From: an uncultured bacterium
GTDB lineage: Bacteria > Verrucomicrobiota > Kiritimatiellia > RFP12 > UBA1067
Length of the DNA stretch: 64,000 bases
Reading direction: 5' to 3'
Assembly (NCBI GenBank): GCA_902779865.1
Contig: CACZDG010000005.1
Location: forward strand, 8,207 to 72,206
Shown: positions 54,401 to 63,307 of the stretch, one piece after another
Position numbering within the stretch: position 1 is the stretch's first letter
Layout of the letters: the number at the start of each line of letters is the position of its first letter
Made by a program: the position numbers and the translations under genes
Notes under the pieces: model-generated
The model's input: only the letters and a program-made list of their open reading frames with translations
What the model was told of the DNA's origin: nothing
The model's database searches: none

Positions 54401-55951
54401 ATGAAGAACACTTGGAAGATTGCGGTATCAGTCTCGCTTGCCGCCACCGCGCTCGCCGCGACAGCAATGCCAACGAAAAAGCAGCTCTTAGAGGCACAGC
54501 GCATTGTGAATGAACTCACTGCCGATGACATCCGTGCGCTCAACGCCAAGCAGAAAACTGCAGGCGAAGTGGCCGCCGCGCATCTGGATCATGTTGACAA
54601 AGCCGAGACGGAGGCCGGAAAGTACCTTCTTTTACAAGGCGCATTCCGACTATACGTGCGCGGGGAAGACTACGATGCAGCAGCAGACGTGCTTCGGCGC
54701 ATGAAAGCAGATGTCTCTGACGTTCCCCCAGAAGTGATGGTGGCACTTATTGACGGCGAGATGCGGAAAGTTGCGCATTCCAAAGCCCCGAAGGTACTCG
54801 CGATCTATAATGAGGCGAAATATACGATTAAATATAGCAAGCGTCTTACCGCGGCTGAGGCCGAGGCGGAGAAACGCGGTACTTCCAAGTCATTTAAGCA
54901 GCTTGCCGAGTGCCATGTCCATCTCGGAAACTGGAAGAGGGCGTTGGAAACATTTGCAAGAGCACGCGTGACCGCCGCCAAGTGGGAACTTGACCAGACA
55001 TCCGTTTCGGATTGCGATGCACTCAAGGCGGCAGAATACTGGTATAACTACGAGGCGGAAGACGCTGAGCCGTTCCGCGCCCATGCGGCAGAACTATACC
55101 GTAGAGCACTGGAATGTGGACTCATCACATCTAGCCTCCACCGTGAGGTCATCGAGAAGCGCATCAGAGATATGGGCTTTACCATTGCCAATGGCTGGGC
55201 TATACCAGAGGGTTTCTCGCCTCCGCTGGAGAAATCCCTCAAACTTGCAGACGGAGTGGAAATGACGTTCTGCGCCTGTAAACCAGGATCGTTTACACTG
55301 GCACGTAAACTTGGATGGGTCAAGCACAGAATGCTTCTCAAAGTCAATATCACGCGCTCGTTCTGGGCGGCGAAGTTTTTTCTTTCCGCTAGACAATACG
55401 CCGCATTCAATACTAATGACAATGTTGACATTGCAGTAAAAAAATTGGAACAGACATTTCCCGGCGACCAGATTGTAATGTTTCCCAGGCAGAAGGAAGC
55501 ACTGGAGTTCATATCTTGGCTAAACAAGAAGTATGGGTCAATCCTTCCGGCTGGATACGTGTTTCGGTTACCAACTGAAGCTGAAGCGAGATATGTATCC
55601 AGTAGGAATGGTGGTCAATGCCATTTCCGAGATTTGAAGAAGAAAAATTTAAATCCAAAAGATTTTAGCGGATTGAAAGTAATGGACATGACATCTAGCA
55701 CGCCAGGGCAATGGGGAGTAGTGAAAATTTCATATTTTGACATCCCCTTTTTTACTGCTGACCATGTCAATTCCAAAAGCGACTTGACAGGAACCAAAGA
55801 GGAAACAGATCCAATCAGACTTGGCAGGAGTCCATTGTGTTTAAAAGCATACAACATTGTTACCGCACATTCCCCTAATGATAGGGGATATGTTAGAATC
55901 GTGATTGCTCCCGACCTCATTGCCGAGAAGACGGTACAGGAAAAGAAGTAG
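54401..55951 (+). CDS. secreted protein with helical-repeat N-terminus and C-terminal FGE/SUMF1-like domain (degenerate)
   Basis: ATG at 54401 after AAAGAAAGGAAA. Signal peptide MKNTWKIAVSVSLAATALAATA. FRLPTEAEARYV matches the RLPTEAEWEY signature of FGE-sulfatase domains. Confidence 0.55.
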   Translation: MKNTWKIAVSVSLAATALAATAMPTKKQLLEAQRIVNELTADDIRALNAKQKTAGEVAAAHLDHVDKAETEAGKYLLLQGAFRLYVRGEDYDAAADVLRRMKADVSDVPPEVMVALIDGEMRKVAHSKAPKVLAIYNEAKYTIKYSKRLTAAEAEAEKRGTSKSFKQLAECHVHLGNWKRALETFARARVTAAKWELDQTSVSDCDALKAAEYWYNYEAEDAEPFRAHAAELYRRALECGLITSSLHREVIEKRIRDMGFTIANGWAIPEGFSPPLEKSLKLADGVEMTFCACKPGSFTLARKLGWVKHRMLLKVNITRSFWAAKFFLSARQYAAFNTNDNVDIAVKKLEQTFPGDQIVMFPRQKEALEFISWLNKKYGSILPAGYVFRLPTEAEARYVSSRNGGQCHFRDLKKKNLNPKDFSGLKVMDMTSSTPGQWGVVKISYFDIPFFTADHVNSKSDLTGTKEETDPIRLGRSPLCLKAYNIVTAHSPNDRGYVRIVIAPDLIAEKTVQEKK

Positions 55952-56039
55952 TGCGCCACATGTGACAGCAAGCGTACGACAATAAGCTGCGCCGCGTCCT
56001 TCCCCAAGCGTTTCAGGGAACTTCTGACAGAGGGGCCAA

Positions 56040-56166
56040 TTGCAAAACCATGCGAATTCGGCAGAGCGCGCTGCATCAGCCCGTCCTACCTGCCTCGTCC
56101 ATCGGATGGAGAGCCATGTCTCTATCGGATAGAAAGTCGCATTTCTATTGGATAGAGGTTTTGCAA
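56040..56166. other. 10-bp inverted repeat (TTGCAAAACC / GGTTTTGCAA) enclosing three 13-bp near-palindromes phased at 23 bp
   Basis: TCCATCGGATGGA (56098), TCTATCGGATAGA (56121) and TCTATTGGATAGA (56144). Flanking arms at 56040-56049 and 56157-56166. Confidence 0.85.
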
Positions 56167-56211
56167 CTGCCTCTAGTGTTTAATTTATTTTTGAGCATTG
56201 ACTAATCGTAC

Positions 56212-56240
56212 ATTATCCCCGACATTCCCCCTGTCTGCAA
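56212..56240 (-). promoter_or_regulatory. minus-strand promoter TTGCAG-17 nt-GATAAT firing towards the palindrome cluster
   Basis: Reverse complement of 56235-56240 is TTGCAG and of 56212-56217 is GATAAT. No minus-strand gene lies downstream. Confidence 0.4.
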
Positions 56241-56283
56241 AGGTAAACGCTTTGGACGCTTGCGTTCACTCTTGCAAACGACA

Positions 56284-56306
56284 TCCGAAGGAAAACACGG
56301 GCGGAA
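56284..56306 (+). repeat. 23-nt dispersed motif TCCGAAGGAAAACACGGGCGGAA, copy 2
   Basis: Identical to 54127-54149. Confidence 0.9.
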
Positions 56307-56415
56307 CTGGAGTTTACCCATTTTTTGAATGTAAAATGAGACTTCACCCAATGTTTACTGGGGTGATGTGATTTTAGGAAGTGTATTTTGCGCGGCAGAA
56401 GGCGTGGCGGTGAAA

Positions 56416-56445
56416 TTGACATTGGCGCGGATGAAATGATATAAT
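56416..56445 (+). promoter_or_regulatory. promoter TTGACA-18 nt-(TGA)TATAAT giving a leaderless mRNA
   Basis: TTGACA at 56416-56421 and TGATATAAT at 56437-56445. The ATG at 56453 begins 8 nt after the -10 box and no SD is present. Confidence 0.6.
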
Positions 56446-56452
56446 ACGCGCC

Positions 56453-58063
56453 ATGCGAAGGACAAGGCCCATAAAGATCCCCACGACGGGAGTATCCGAC
56501 TTCGAGACGTTGATACGCGACGAGGAGGCGAAGTACGTCGATAAGACCGCGCTTCTCTACGAGCTTGCGCGTCGCAAGGCGGATGCGCAGCTCTTCATCT
56601 CGCGTCCGCGCCGGTTCGGCAAGTCGCTCATGCTCTCCACGCTCAAGGCGATGTTCGAGGGGCGGCGCAAGTTGTTCAAGGGGCTTGCACTCGACAAACT
56701 GCCGTGGGAGGGGTGGAAGACGCCGACGCCCGTGTACAGCTTCACGATGGGCGATGTGTCCGGCGAAACATACGACGACGTCAAGGAGCAGCTGGAAAAA
56801 CTTGTGCGCAGACTCTGCGCGGAGGCCGAGGTCCCGTTCTGCGAGCAGGGTTACGTTCCCGGACAGTTTGACGATTTCATCAAGGCCGCAGCGGCGAAAT
56901 CGCCGACGAAGAAGATCGTGGTTCTCATCGACGAATACGACGAGCCCGTCGCCGGCTTCCTCGACGACCTCAAGACCTTGAAGCGCGTCCGTAAGCTTCT
57001 CCACGATTTCTACGAGAAGCTCAAATTCAATTCTGGATCCATCCGCTTCCTGCTGATGACGGGTGTCACGAAGCTGACGAAGCTTTCGGTGTTCTCCGGG
57101 CTGAACCACCTTACGGACATCTCGTCTTTTGAGCAGTATGCCACGCTTCTCGGTTATACGCCGGAGGAGTTGGACGGCCCCCTGCGCGAGAACGTAGAGG
57201 AACTCGGCAGGAAGAACGGCATGGACTTCGTGGCGGCGAAGGCCGAGCTTCTCGCCTGGTACGACGGCTACCGCTTCGCTCCTCGGTCTGCGGCAAGAGT
57301 CTGCAATCCCGTATCGCTCGGCAGTGCGCTGAAGAACGGCGAGCTGAAGGGCTATTGGGAGGCTACGGGCCAGACGTCGCTCATCATCAACCGTATTGAG
57401 AAGGCCGGCAAGATGCCGGAAGACCTTGAAAGCGTTCCCGCCGACGCGATGACGCTTGACGTGTGCGACGCGGAGACGCTGCCGATGGAGTCGTTGTTGT
57501 ACCAGGGCGGCTACCTCACGATCAAGGAGGTCAAGCGCGGCAAGGAGAAGGGCGATCCGGACTCGTACGTCCTTGCGCCTCCGAACCGCGAGGTGCGCCT
57601 TGCGCTGAAGCGAGGCTATCTCTCGCAGGTGATGGGACTGAGGGAGAGAACGTTCAACACGCTCGTTGATGCGGCGAAGCGGCAGATTGCATCTGGCGAC
57701 TGGAGGGGCTACCTCTGCGAGTCGCTCTTCAGGCTATATGCCTCGATTCCGCCGGACTGGCGGATCAAGGACGAGGCGGAGGCGAAGCGCTATTTCCAGC
57801 TTTTCGCGGCGATGACCGGGGCGAACCCGCAGCCGGAGGTTGCGTCCATGTTCGGCTACGCCGACGCGGTGATCGAGACGCCGACCGACGTTTACGTGTT
57901 TGAGTTCAAGTACCGCAAGAGCGCGAAGGCGGCGATACGTCAGATACGGGAGCGCGACTATGCGGCGAAGTGGGCTGGCGGAAAACGTCCCGTCACGCTC
58001 ATAGGCATAAACTTCAACCCGAAGAAGCGCAACATCGACATGCCGATCGTCGAACCGCTTTGA
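56453..58063 (+). CDS. AAA-ATPase-like domain protein with C-terminal PD-(D/E)XK nuclease domain (PF09820/PF08011-type architecture)
   Basis: IPTGVSDFETLIRDEEAKYVDKTALLYEL, ISRPRRFGKSLMLSTL, VVLIDEYDEP. C-terminal GYADAVIETPTDVYVFEFKY. Confidence 0.85.
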   Translation: MRRTRPIKIPTTGVSDFETLIRDEEAKYVDKTALLYELARRKADAQLFISRPRRFGKSLMLSTLKAMFEGRRKLFKGLALDKLPWEGWKTPTPVYSFTMGDVSGETYDDVKEQLEKLVRRLCAEAEVPFCEQGYVPGQFDDFIKAAAAKSPTKKIVVLIDEYDEPVAGFLDDLKTLKRVRKLLHDFYEKLKFNSGSIRFLLMTGVTKLTKLSVFSGLNHLTDISSFEQYATLLGYTPEELDGPLRENVEELGRKNGMDFVAAKAELLAWYDGYRFAPRSAARVCNPVSLGSALKNGELKGYWEATGQTSLIINRIEKAGKMPEDLESVPADAMTLDVCDAETLPMESLLYQGGYLTIKEVKRGKEKGDPDSYVLAPPNREVRLALKRGYLSQVMGLRERTFNTLVDAAKRQIASGDWRGYLCESLFRLYASIPPDWRIKDEAEAKRYFQLFAAMTGANPQPEVASMFGYADAVIETPTDVYVFEFKYRKSAKAAIRQIRERDYAAKWAGGKRPVTLIGINFNPKKRNIDMPIVEPL

Positions 58064-58178
58064 GGAAATCCCAAAAGTTTCAATCCGCATGATGCGATTC
58101 AATCCAAAGCATTGCATAAGGTGCGCGGATATGGTATCATAATGCCGTTGTTCAGTACACAAAAGAGAGGAATGAAAA

Positions 58179-59102
58179 ATGTCTGATTGCTGCATATTCG
58201 CCGGCCAGGGTGCGCAGGTGCCCGGCATGGGCAAGGATTTCGCCGAGGCCGACGCCGAGGCGATGGCTCTTTTCGACAAGGCGAACGCCGTCCTTGGCTT
58301 CGACTTGAAGAAAATCTGCTTCGAGGGTCCTGCGGAGGAACTCACGAAGTCGAACGTGTGCCAGCCAGCCATATTCGTTACGAGTTACGCGGCATATCTT
58401 GCGCTGCAGAAGAAGCGTCCTACGTCGTTCGCCTGCGCGGCGGGTCTTTCACTCGGCGAATGGAGCGCGTTGTGCGCGGCGGGAGTGCTGGACTTCGACT
58501 CCACTCTCAAGGTGCTTGAGGCGCGCGGGCGTTTCATGCAGGAGGCGTGCGCGGCGGTTCCGTCGGGAATGATCGCCATCGTGGGCGCGTCCGCCGAACA
58601 GCTCAAGCAGCTTTGCGAAAGGACCGGATGCACGGTCGCGAACATCAACTCTGCGGCGCAGCAGGTGCTGTCTGGTTCTAAGGATGCCGTTGCTCAGGCG
58701 GCGGAGGTTGCTAAGGAACTTGGCATCAAGCGCGCGATTCCGCTTGCGACCGCAGGTGCGTTCCACTCGCCGTTCATGGCCCCTGCGAGGGAGAAGCTTG
58801 CGCCGGTGCTCGATACCGTCGCGTGGAGCGCCCCGAAATTCCCCGTCCTTTCCAACGTCACGGGCAAGCCCCATTCGTCCGATCCCGGCGCGATCCGCGA
58901 GCTCATGCTTGAGCAGGTCACGCAGACCACGAACTGGGCGGCGGACGTTGAGAGCGCGAAGGCGCTTGGATGCACGCGTTTTGTCGAGTTCGGTCCGGGC
59001 AAGGTGTTGTCGGGCCTTATCAAGAAAATCGACGCCGTGCTCACGGTCACGAACGTCTCCGACCTCGCGACGCTTGACGCGACGGTGTCCGCGCTCGGCT
59101 GA
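58179..59102 (+). CDS. fabD: malonyl-CoA:ACP transacylase
   Basis: FAGQGAQVPGMG, active-site GLSLGEWSAL, GAFHSPFM. Confidence 0.92.
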   Translation: MSDCCIFAGQGAQVPGMGKDFAEADAEAMALFDKANAVLGFDLKKICFEGPAEELTKSNVCQPAIFVTSYAAYLALQKKRPTSFACAAGLSLGEWSALCAAGVLDFDSTLKVLEARGRFMQEACAAVPSGMIAIVGASAEQLKQLCERTGCTVANINSAAQQVLSGSKDAVAQAAEVAKELGIKRAIPLATAGAFHSPFMAPAREKLAPVLDTVAWSAPKFPVLSNVTGKPHSSDPGAIRELMLEQVTQTTNWAADVESAKALGCTRFVEFGPGKVLSGLIKKIDAVLTVTNVSDLATLDATVSALG

Positions 59103-59108
59103 CGCGCC

Positions 59109-59819
59109 ATGGAAGAGACGAAGTGGTATGTGCGGAACACCGCAGGGAAGGTGTTCGGCCCAATTGACCTGGAGACGCTTAAGGGCTGGGTGAGGGAAGG
59201 TCGCGTGGAGCCGCTTGCGGGCGTCTCGAGCGATCTTTCCAACTGGGTGGTCGCGCCGCAGATGCCCGAACTTGAGATGAACTGGGTCGTCGAAAACAAC
59301 GCTGGACAGTTCTACGGACCTACGCACCGCGTTGTGCTTGACGACCTCATGAAGACTGGAGTGCTTTCACCGTCCGCCCGCTTTTTCCTCGACGACCGTG
59401 GCGCCGCCGAGGAGCGGGTCCACGCGCTTGAATCAGCACTGGTAGAACGCGAAAAGCAGAAGGCCGACTGCGACGCTGAAATCGCCAGGCGCGATGCAGA
59501 GATAGCTGCGCGCGATGAAGAAATAGCCAAGCGCGACGCAGAGATAACCAAGCGCGATGAACAGATAGCAAGTCGCGACGCTGAGATAGCCGTGCTCAAA
59601 GATCAGCTGGCGAAGGTCAACGAGGTACATGAGCGCGAGTGGAAGACGGAGGTGGTCGTGCCGGAGGTCGTCGTCAACGAGCCTCCGCCGCCCGTGGCGC
59701 GTCAGGCGTTCGTTCCGTCGTCACAGACCGCGCTCGCGGAGCTGGAACGGCGCGCGCAGCAGGAGCTTGTGCGCATGGGGCCATCTGGTGTCAAGAGGCT
59801 CTTTAGGCTGAAGAAGTAG
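59109..59819 (+). CDS. GYF_2 (DUF4339)-domain protein with heptad coiled coil
   Basis: WYVRNTAGKVFGPIDLETLKGWVREGRV and a second GYF-like unit NWVVENNAGQFYGPTH, followed by six RDAEIA-type heptads. Confidence 0.7.
   Translation: MEETKWYVRNTAGKVFGPIDLETLKGWVREGRVEPLAGVSSDLSNWVVAPQMPELEMNWVVENNAGQFYGPTHRVVLDDLMKTGVLSPSARFFLDDRGAAEERVHALESALVEREKQKADCDAEIARRDAEIAARDEEIAKRDAEITKRDEQIASRDAEIAVLKDQLAKVNEVHEREWKTEVVVPEVVVNEPPPPVARQAFVPSSQTALAELERRAQQELVRMGPSGVKRLFRLKK
59472..59597 (+). repeat. 6 x 21-bp coding tandem repeat (DAEIARR heptads)
   Basis: GACGCTGAAATCGCCAGGCGC-type units encoding DAEIARR, DAEIAAR, DEEIAKR, DAEITKR, DEQIASR, DAEIAVL. Confidence 0.9.
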
Positions 59820-59839
59820 GAAGCGAGGTTGATGCGCCT

Positions 59840-61207
59840 ATGGGAAATCGGTGGTATCTGCGAACGCAGGACGAGACGTTCGGGCCGGAGAGCCGTGAAC
59901 GAATGCTCGAATGGGCGCGCATGGGACGCATCCAGCCGGGGCAGGAAGTCTCGTCGGACGGAGAGACGTGGACGCCCGCCACGGAGGTGCCGTTTCTCGA
60001 CATGCGCTGGTCGATCGACATTGGCGACGGCAATCCGCGTGGTCCGTTCAACAAAGTCGCCGCGCAGGCGCTGATCGCGAGCGGACGCCTTCCGCCGGGA
60101 TCGCGCGTCGTGGAGGTGCGTCCTCCGTTCGTGGAACCAGCGCCGTCCGTGCCGCCGCGCGCGGAGTCGGCTCCGGCCGCTTCCAATGCGACTCCGACGC
60201 CGCCTGACGAGACGCCGGCTCTCCGTCGCGAGATCGAGCGCCTGAAGGAATCGCTCAAGGAAGCAGAGGCGCGAGCGCGCGCCGCGAAGCGCGAGGCCAA
60301 GGAAGCGGCGGACGCTGCCCGTTCCGCAGAGGAGAGGATGTCCGCCGTGATGGCCCGCAGCGAGGTTGCGGAGTCCGAGAAGGCGCAGGCGCTGAAGGAA
60401 CTGGGCGAACTCGCCGCCGCGAAAACCGCTCGCGAGAAAGAGCTCAAGGCGAAGCGCGTCGAGGCGGAGCAGGCGCTGGCGGAGTCGAAAGCAGCGACCG
60501 AACAGGCCCTTGCCGCGTCGAAGGCAAGCGCGACCAAGTACGAGGGGCGCATCCAGGAACTCTCGGACGAACTCAAGCGTCTGCCGCCCACCGCACGTCT
60601 CGCGGCCGACGCACAGGCAGCGGTTTACGCGTTGATGAAGGATGAGGCGGACGACATCGCCGCCGGCATCGAGGAAGAGACGCGTGAGCTTGACGAACTC
60701 CGCCGCATCCACCAGTCCCGCCGCGAACGGTTGATGTGTCGCCGTCAGGAGATTCTCAGACGCATCGGCACGGACGCGGAGGACATGACGCGACGCGCGC
60801 TTCTATCGCACCCGGAGGATCCGCGCACGGAGCAGATGCGCCAGGAGCTTGAGGCACTGCGCATATTGCAGGAAAAGGCCGCGCTTGAAAGCGACCGCAA
60901 GGTGCGTGACCTTTCCGCCAAGTTGCGCGAGCGCGATGCGGAGCTCAACCGTATGCGCCAGCAAGCCGCAGACATGACGGGGCTCTACCGTCAGCTGCAG
61001 GAGGCGCGCGAGCGTCTCATGCGCCGCGAGAAGGAACTGATGGAGGAACGGCAGAAGTCCGAGGCCGAACGGCAACGGCACGCCGCCGACCAGCAGACGT
61101 TGCTGGCGCGACTTTCCGCGCTTGAGATGGGGTTGCCTGGCGCGACGAACCAGTCGCGCGAGGCTCGCAGTGTGCGACTTGCCCCGTGGATGGGACTGAA
61201 GAAGTAG
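59840..61207 (+). CDS. GYF_2 (DUF4339)-domain protein with long coiled coil
   Basis: WYLRTQDETFGPESRERMLEWARMGRI, second unit RWSIDIGDGNPRGPFN, then a ~300-aa Glu/Ala/Arg/Lys-rich helical region. Confidence 0.7.
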   Translation: MGNRWYLRTQDETFGPESRERMLEWARMGRIQPGQEVSSDGETWTPATEVPFLDMRWSIDIGDGNPRGPFNKVAAQALIASGRLPPGSRVVEVRPPFVEPAPSVPPRAESAPAASNATPTPPDETPALRREIERLKESLKEAEARARAAKREAKEAADAARSAEERMSAVMARSEVAESEKAQALKELGELAAAKTAREKELKAKRVEAEQALAESKAATEQALAASKASATKYEGRIQELSDELKRLPPTARLAADAQAAVYALMKDEADDIAAGIEEETRELDELRRIHQSRRERLMCRRQEILRRIGTDAEDMTRRALLSHPEDPRTEQMRQELEALRILQEKAALESDRKVRDLSAKLRERDAELNRMRQQAADMTGLYRQLQEARERLMRREKELMEERQKSEAERQRHAADQQTLLARLSALEMGLPGATNQSREARSVRLAPWMGLKK

Positions 61208-61240
61208 TGGTTAGTTAAGAGATAGCGGTTGGAGATAATA

Positions 61241-61660
61241 GTGAATAGCGAGTACGAGTTGGCGGGGATTGAGGTGATTGCGCGCGGTGTGTGCGTGCGC
61301 GACGGGAAGATTCTTCTTTGCAAGGCCAAGGGCGGTGCGACTACGTACCTTCCTGGCGGACACGTCGAGTTCGGCGAGACCGGACGCGAGGCGCTTGTGC
61401 GCGAGGTGAAGGAGGAACTTGGCGTCGATGCGGGAACGGGTGCGTTTCTCGGCGTGGTGGAGAATTCATTTCAACAACACGGGAAGCCACATGCAGAGGT
61501 GAATCTTGTCTATGAGCTTACGCTTCCCGCAGATGTCGAAGCGCGGTCGCAGGAAGACTGGATTGAGTTTGAGTGGCGCGACGTCGCCGACCTCGGCGAT
61601 TTGCTCCCTGCGGAATTCCGCAGGCTCTCGGAAGACCCGTCATCCAGATTCACGCCATGA
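61241..61660 (+). CDS. NUDIX hydrolase
   Basis: Nudix box GGHVEFGETGREALVREVKEELG. GTG at 61241 after GGAG (a TTG at 61229 is also possible). Confidence 0.85.
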   Translation: MNSEYELAGIEVIARGVCVRDGKILLCKAKGGATTYLPGGHVEFGETGREALVREVKEELGVDAGTGAFLGVVENSFQQHGKPHAEVNLVYELTLPADVEARSQEDWIEFEWRDVADLGDLLPAEFRRLSEDPSSRFTP

Positions 61661-62343
61661 CTGCGCGTAGCCTTTCGCTGGTGGTCCCCGTATTCAACGG
61701 GCAGGACCTCGCGTGTGCCGCAGTGCGAGCGCTGCCGTCGCTGGAGCAGACGGCGGCGTCATGTGGATTCGAACTTGTCGAGGCGATTTTCGTTGACGAC
61801 GGCTCGGCGCCGCCGTTGGAGCTGTCCGGCTCAAAGTGCCGTGTGATTCGCATGGAGGCAAACTGCGGCAAGGGAGCGGCGGTGCGTTGTGGCGCACTTG
61901 CGGCGAAGGGCGAATGGGTGTTGATGAGCGACGTTGACATGAGCGCGCCGTTCACGGAGTTCGCGCAGCTCGCACGGCGTACGGACGTGTGGATGGTGTG
62001 CGGATCGCGTCACGGCAGGAAGGGCATGCCGTTTCGCCGCCGTATTCTCTCCGGGTTATTCCATATTTTCGTCTGGTGCGTCGGCGTACGCGGCGTACAC
62101 GATACGCAATGCGGGTTCAAGCTTTTTCGCATGGACGTTATGCGTGCGGTGTTCGAGCGACAGCGCATTGAACGGTTCTCGTTCGACGTCGAGTTGATAC
62201 GTCGCGTTTTGCGTGCGGGTGGTACGGTCGCCGAGGTGTCAATCGCGTGGTACGGCGGCAGGCGCAGTTCACTTAGAATCTTCCGGGATGCTCCCAAGAT
62301 GCTTTGGGACCTCTTGCGCCTTGTTTTCGCCATTCGCAAATAA
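61657..62343 (+). CDS. family 2 glycosyltransferase (dolichyl/polyprenyl-phosphate glycosyltransferase-like)
   Basis: LSLVVPVFNG, VDDGS, GKGAAV, MSDVDMS (DxD), QCGFKLF. ATGA overlap with the NUDIX gene. Confidence 0.8.
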   Translation: MTARSLSLVVPVFNGQDLACAAVRALPSLEQTAASCGFELVEAIFVDDGSAPPLELSGSKCRVIRMEANCGKGAAVRCGALAAKGEWVLMSDVDMSAPFTEFAQLARRTDVWMVCGSRHGRKGMPFRRRILSGLFHIFVWCVGVRGVHDTQCGFKLFRMDVMRAVFERQRIERFSFDVELIRRVLRAGGTVAEVSIAWYGGRRSSLRIFRDAPKMLWDLLRLVFAIRK

Positions 62344-62427
62344 TTTACATTCAGGATTGACTATTCGCCAAGAATAAGGTATCATAAGAGGCGTCTTAAC
62401 GATTTCAGAAAATCAAAAGGAGTAAAA

Positions 62428-63162
62428 ATGAAGCGTATAGTGAAATGCGGTCTGTTTGCCGGTGCCCTTGCAGCGTTTGCTGCACAGCCTGTGCTGGCGC
62501 AGGAAAAAGAGTATGTCGGTGCGCCTGACCCGAAGAGTTATGGCTACACCGTGTTGATGCTTGGCCTTGCCACGCCGGTGTCCCTTCCTTGGGACTTCGA
62601 CTGGGATGTGTTCGGCCTCAATGTCAACCTCGCGTATAGCGACTGCAATAAGATGTACGGCGTTGAGCTTGCAGGTGTTGGCAGCACGGCGCGTCTTGAC
62701 ATGATTGGCGTCCAGGCGGCTCTTGGCTGCGCCTTCGCGAACCGCGATGCAATCGGCTTGCAGGTCGCTCTCGCCACGGTGTGCAACCGCACGGGTTATG
62801 GCCTTGCGGTGGATGCTTTTGGCATGAACCGCGAGTTCGTGGGCCTTCGTGCCGACGTGCTTGCCTCGATGACTGATTCCTCCGTTTACGGTGTTTCCGT
62901 TGCGGGTCTCGGCAGCGCAGTGCGTGAGGAGATGTGGGGTTGGCAGGTAGCTCTCGGCGGCAACTTCGCCCGTCGCGTGCATGGCCTTCAGACGGTTGGT
63001 ATCTGCAACATGACGGATGAGCTCCGTGGTGCGCAGATCGGCATCGTCAACTACGCGGCCACCTGCTCGGCTGGTTTCCAGATTGGTCTCGTGAACCTCA
63101 TCATGGACAACCAGGTTCCGTTCCTTCCGATCTTCAACTGCTACTTCCCGATCGGCGATTGA
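62428..63162 (+). CDS. secreted GxQxGxxN repeat protein, paralog of 20580-21227
   Basis: Signal peptide. GVELAGVG, GVQAALGC, GLQVALAT, GAQIGIVN, GFQIGLVN. C-terminal FLPIFNCYF. Confidence 0.7.
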   Translation: MKRIVKCGLFAGALAAFAAQPVLAQEKEYVGAPDPKSYGYTVLMLGLATPVSLPWDFDWDVFGLNVNLAYSDCNKMYGVELAGVGSTARLDMIGVQAALGCAFANRDAIGLQVALATVCNRTGYGLAVDAFGMNREFVGLRADVLASMTDSSVYGVSVAGLGSAVREEMWGWQVALGGNFARRVHGLQTVGICNMTDELRGAQIGIVNYAATCSAGFQIGLVNLIMDNQVPFLPIFNCYFPIGD

Positions 63163-63189
63163 CCTGTGTGGCTTCTTGGTCGCAGCGAT

Positions 63190-63266
63190 GCGACTGTAGC
63201 TCAACTGGATAGAGCGTTGGCCTCCGAAGCCGAAGGTTGCTGGTTCGATCCCAGTCAGTCGCACCA
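63190..63266 (+). tRNA. tRNA-Arg (anticodon CCG)
   Basis: 77-nt cloverleaf. Acceptor GCGACTG/CAGTCGC, D-arm GCTC-AACTGGATA-GAGC, anticodon stem TTGGC/GCCGA with loop CTCCGAA, T-arm GCTGG-TTCGATC-CCAGT, A73, encoded CCA. Confidence 0.9.
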
Positions 63267-63276
63267 ATAGCGCGAA

Positions 63277-63306
63277 ACCCCGTCCCGTAAGTGGCGGGGT
63301 TTTTGT
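63277..63306 (+). terminator. Rho-independent terminator after tRNA-Arg
   Basis: ACCCCG...CGGGGT stem followed by TTTTGTT. Confidence 0.6.
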
Positions 63307-63307
63307 T

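Noticed and set aside
55615-56076. 153-aa minus-strand ORF starting in the 55.95-56.45 kb intergenic region, downstream of the orphan minus-strand promoter.
   Set aside because: Most of it is antisense to the 3' end of the FGE-domain gene. It has no SD and a Phe/Ser/Leu-rich composition with no motif.
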